This document shows, one piece after another, positions 60,152 through 64,000 of a stretch of 64,000 nt of DNA. Under the pieces are notes generated by a model. It did no database searches. It saw only the letters and a list, made by a program, of their open reading frames with translations, and was not told the origin of the DNA. This DNA comes from Eledone cirrhosa. Lineage: Eukaryota. The translations under genes were made by a program, and so were the position numbers. Position 1 is the first letter of the stretch. Each line of letters starts with the position of its first letter. The stretch covers positions 45,136,001 through 45,200,000 of the forward strand of contig OZ024750.1 in NCBI GenBank assembly GCA_964016885.1, written 5' to 3'.

Positions 60152-60770
60152 ATGGTGAAGGCGTGTGTAATGCTCAGTATGCTTGATGTATGTTGGTAAT
60201 ATCGGAGGTTCGAGTCCTGGACCGGGTTGTGTGTTGTCTTCTTGAGCAAATCTCTTCATATCAACAGCACAGTTCCCATGACTTTCGGAAACATTTTTTC
60301 ACGCTCAGAGTTGCTGAAGCATGGAACAAACTACCTGCATCAGTTGTTAACTGTCGAGACATAGCATCCTTTAAGGCTTCCATGCTTCCCGAGATCCGCC
60401 AACACTACAGCTGATGTTCCCCCTCCATACACATACACACATGTATACCATGACACTATTCACTTACCTGACATTTGTGTATTATTCTATGTACTATACA
60501 TACACCTTTGACGAGCTGTAGTGCACCTGAGCACTTTACACAATAGTTTCATTATTATTTCAGGCAGCGCCGCTGAGTGTTGTGTTTTCGTAATAAAACC
60601 CGAACTATATTTCAAGTTGCTCCAGTGCATTCATCTGAGACCGAGTATCAGCAGCAGCTGTGGAGTTAATCCTGCGAGAGACAGGTGTCCTATCCAGGGA
60701 GTGTCTTGTATTCTCAATCGACTAACGCCAAGAAAACAGGGATGAGAACTGGACTGATCAGTCTAAGTAT
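60152..60770 (+). mobile_element. Second-family SINE interrupted by a CR1 fragment
   Basis: Head with B-box GGTTCGAGTCC and gtgttgtcttcttgagcaa (60152-60250); body resumes ~60580 with cctgcgagagacaggtgtcctatccaggg. Confidence 0.5.
60255..60560 (+). pseudogene. CR1-clade LINE ORF2 C-terminus and 3' UTR
   Basis: RKHFFTLRVAEAWNKLPASVV...SFK* (to 60414) matches the CR1 ORF2 terminal motif FFSxRVxxxWNxLP; (ATT)n tail. Confidence 0.85.
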
Positions 60771-60972
60771 TAAAACAGACTTCTCGTAAGAACGAGACCT
60801 GGTCTTAAAGTTGACAACAGTGAAATCTGCACAAGGCGAGACTCAACATTACAGACCGGTTCCACGACAGGCATCCAAGCAGTTTCTGTCTACCAAATGT
60901 TTACGTAGATAGATAGATATTTTATATTATATATAGATATAGATATATGTTTGTGTGGATGTGTGTACGTAT

Positions 60973-61041
<69 letters not shown>

Positions 61042-61255
61042 ATATATGCGTATTTACTCATTTGGGTATACATATGTATATATCAATGTCTATATTAATA
61101 TCTATATCAATGTTTATATCTAGTAAGCATATATTCATCAATATTTCAATGAGTATATTTTTAATCATTCTAAAATCGTTCGTTAATATTCTCAGCTACT
61201 TTATCTAGGTATGCACACATGTACACATACCATGAATTTTTTTCATTCATACATA

Positions 61256-61877
61256 TACCTGATTCACAAACGAGATAGGGATGCAGGCAAAACACCTAGA
61301 TGTGATAACAAGTGCAGACTCAGCAGAGTTAACATCGAAGATTTCACCCATGTAATCACCCATGTAATCCAAAGATGTCATCGCGGTACTATCTACCTAT
61401 AAGACATGATGTAGTGGCCAAAACACTGTACAATGCAGTTCGTAAAAAAGATACAGCAATGTGGAAGACATCCATGGACATAATATGAAAGAGTACTGGT
61501 GGAATGTTCTAGTAAAAAACCCAATAAAATGCAGGCATAACAGACCAGATATTATGATATGTGACAGGGAGAAGAAAGCATACACAGTAGTGGTAATTAG
61601 CTGCCCAGCAGATGCCAATATAATATCAAAGATTAGCGAAAAGGAGAATATTTATGCAAAACTAATGAGAAATCTGCAGATACTCCACCCTGTTTATACC
61701 TTCAGATTTATGCCTGTGATTATTGGGGCACTGGGGTATATTAGTAACTGCCTCAATACAAATCTTGAAAGAATACACAATGGAACAGAAAGAACACAAC
61801 TAGTTAGGAAAATACAAGTACAATCCATTAATGGAACAATAAAAATATGTAAAACATTCCAAAAATATTGCATCTAA
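61256..61877 (+). pseudogene. R4/Dong-like non-LTR retrotransposon 3' fragment (CCHC knuckle + RLE endonuclease)
   Basis: CRL...EDFTHV, RHDVVAKTLY, WWNV...HNRPDIMI.D.EKK, ISCPAD..I..K..EKENIY, PVIIGALG; frameshifted. Confidence 0.85.
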
Positions 61878-62151
61878 TAACTGCATATACACATGTACAG
61901 ATACACAGCATATACACATGCACACATACAACTCAAAACATACACAACCACACATAGAATAACATCCATATCTACACATGTATGCATACATACATAATCT
62001 ACCTAGTTGATGTTGTGTAAATTCCAATGAGAGAGTCTTGTGTCTATGTTAGAAACCGACTCTCGATCTATTAGTAACAAAATTATTAAATTTTAAAACC
62101 AGATAAACATACATTGATTCATTCATACATACATACGTACGTGTATACATA

Positions 62152-62273
<122 letters not shown>

Positions 62274-62444
62274 TATATATATATATTATATTTATATATA
62301 TGCAAACATACATACATACTTACATAGATAAATACATTCATGTGTACATATTTACATACATATATACATAATATATACATTCATAATGCATATATGCATA
62401 CATGCAGAAATACATAAATTCATACATACATACATACATACATT

Positions 62445-62478
<34 letters not shown>

Positions 62479-62781
62479 TACATATAATATTACATGCATA
62501 TAAACTTACGTTTACACACATAGTGACACGTCTTTTCATATAAAAATCCATCGATACAACCACATATATTTATACACCTACACACTTAAAACCACACACT
62601 CACATATACAGACTCATATACATATTTACATACATACATCCATGCAAATATATATACGTGAATACATTTATATAAACATACATAATGGCAGACATAAATT
62701 CATACATATTGACATACATATATGGACACATACTTACATTCATACATACATCCTTTCCGGCATATCTATATATATATATAT

Positions 62782-62977
62782 ATAGGAACCAGTAAGACCC
62801 CGACAGCTGAGCTCAAGCCGTTTCGACGGCTAATTTTGGTCCAAAATTAGCCGTCGAAACGGCTTGAGCTCAGCTGTCGGGGTCTTACTGGTTCCTATTA
62901 CCCACTCTACTACCTCAAGTATTGAGTACTTTGGTGCGTTATGGTCCACCTGGTTCCTTACCACATTTCCTTCGTTA
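62782..62977. mobile_element. Family B element: perfect 58-bp-arm palindrome plus tail
   Basis: Arms 62782-62839/62841-62898 with a 1-nt centre; tail to 62977; TA flanks. Confidence 0.9.
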
Positions 62978-63046
62978 TATATATATATATATATATCCAT
63001 ATTGATATATATCTATATATATATATATATATATATATAACTATGC

Positions 63047-63105
<59 letters not shown>

Positions 63106-63173
63106 TATAAATATATATATAAATATGTATATATATATTTATATATGTATATGTATATATATACATAAATATG

Positions 63174-63204
<31 letters not shown>

Positions 63205-63362
63205 TTATATATGTATATATATATATGTATATATATATATATTTATATATATATATATATATGTATATATATGTATATATATATATATGTATTTATATAT
63301 ATATATATACTTAAATAAATATATATATATATGTATGAATATAAGAATATATATAATTATAC

Positions 63363-63420
<58 letters not shown>

Positions 63421-63707
63421 CCACCTCATCGAGATACCGATGTGGAATATAATATAGAACTGTGAAACATACACTGATGGAAAGATAAAAAAAGACTTGG
63501 TCAGCATATTAATGAGGCACAACTAGATAAAACAGCCAAAGCTAGAATTAACCGTCTATTCTCACTAATAAGCCATTTAATGCTCGCTTCACAAAGTTTT
63601 CCTTTTTTATGTGTGTGCTTCCTTGTAAATCGTGTAGTGACTTCTTTAGTTTCATATAGAGGGAAGCTGACGAAAAAAATAACAACAAACTAGTAGATAT
63701 GAGGATA

Positions 63708-63745
63708 CTGATGATGATAATAATGATAATAATAATAATAATAAC

Positions 63746-63781
<36 letters not shown>
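63708..63781. repeat. (ATA)n microsatellite
   Basis: Direct inspection. Confidence 0.9.
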
Positions 63782-63782
<1 letters not shown>

Positions 63783-64000
63783 GATATGGCCATGTTGATG
63801 ATGATGCTTTAAGTTTCAGCAGTTTCTCTTTTTTCTTTCAATGCAAGTTATTCAACAATGAGCAATTATTTTGAATTATCGTTACTGCGTAAGATAGGTA
63901 AAATGTGCACTATGTATACACACGTACATATACGTGTGTATATACACACTCTCATTCACACACACGCACACCAACACACACACACACATGTATATATATA

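Overview
AT-rich, microsatellite-saturated animal intergenic or intronic DNA. The SINE sequences and (TA)n/(CA)n/(GA)n density resemble an octopus or other cephalopod genome, which is an inference. No host protein-coding gene is supported: almost all track ORFs are microsatellite translations. The real coding remnants are three non-LTR retrotransposon fragments (CRE-like RLE tail ~13.0 kb, CR1 3' end ~60.3 kb, R4/Dong-like CCHC+RLE ~61.3-61.9 kb). Other ordinary content: ~30 tRNA-derived SINE copies, hAT and piggyBac-type MITEs, a tRNA-Ala(AGC) pseudogene and a 27-bp minisatellite. The main signal is a dense population of short, non-coding elements that carry minimal type I hammerhead ribozyme motifs (stem I-CUGAnGA-stem II-GAAA-palindromic helix III-UH-stem I'). 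They belong to more than 10 unrelated sequence families, mostly sit in or next to (TA)n tracts, and many are folded back as long inverted repeats. The clearest case is a near-perfect 6 x 310-bp tandem array (14861-16730) with one hammerhead per unit, an inverted terminal segment and a 40-bp flanking duplication. This architecture matches Penelope-like pLTR derivatives / non-LTR retrozymes. All ribozyme calls come from manual base-pairing; no folding or database search was run.
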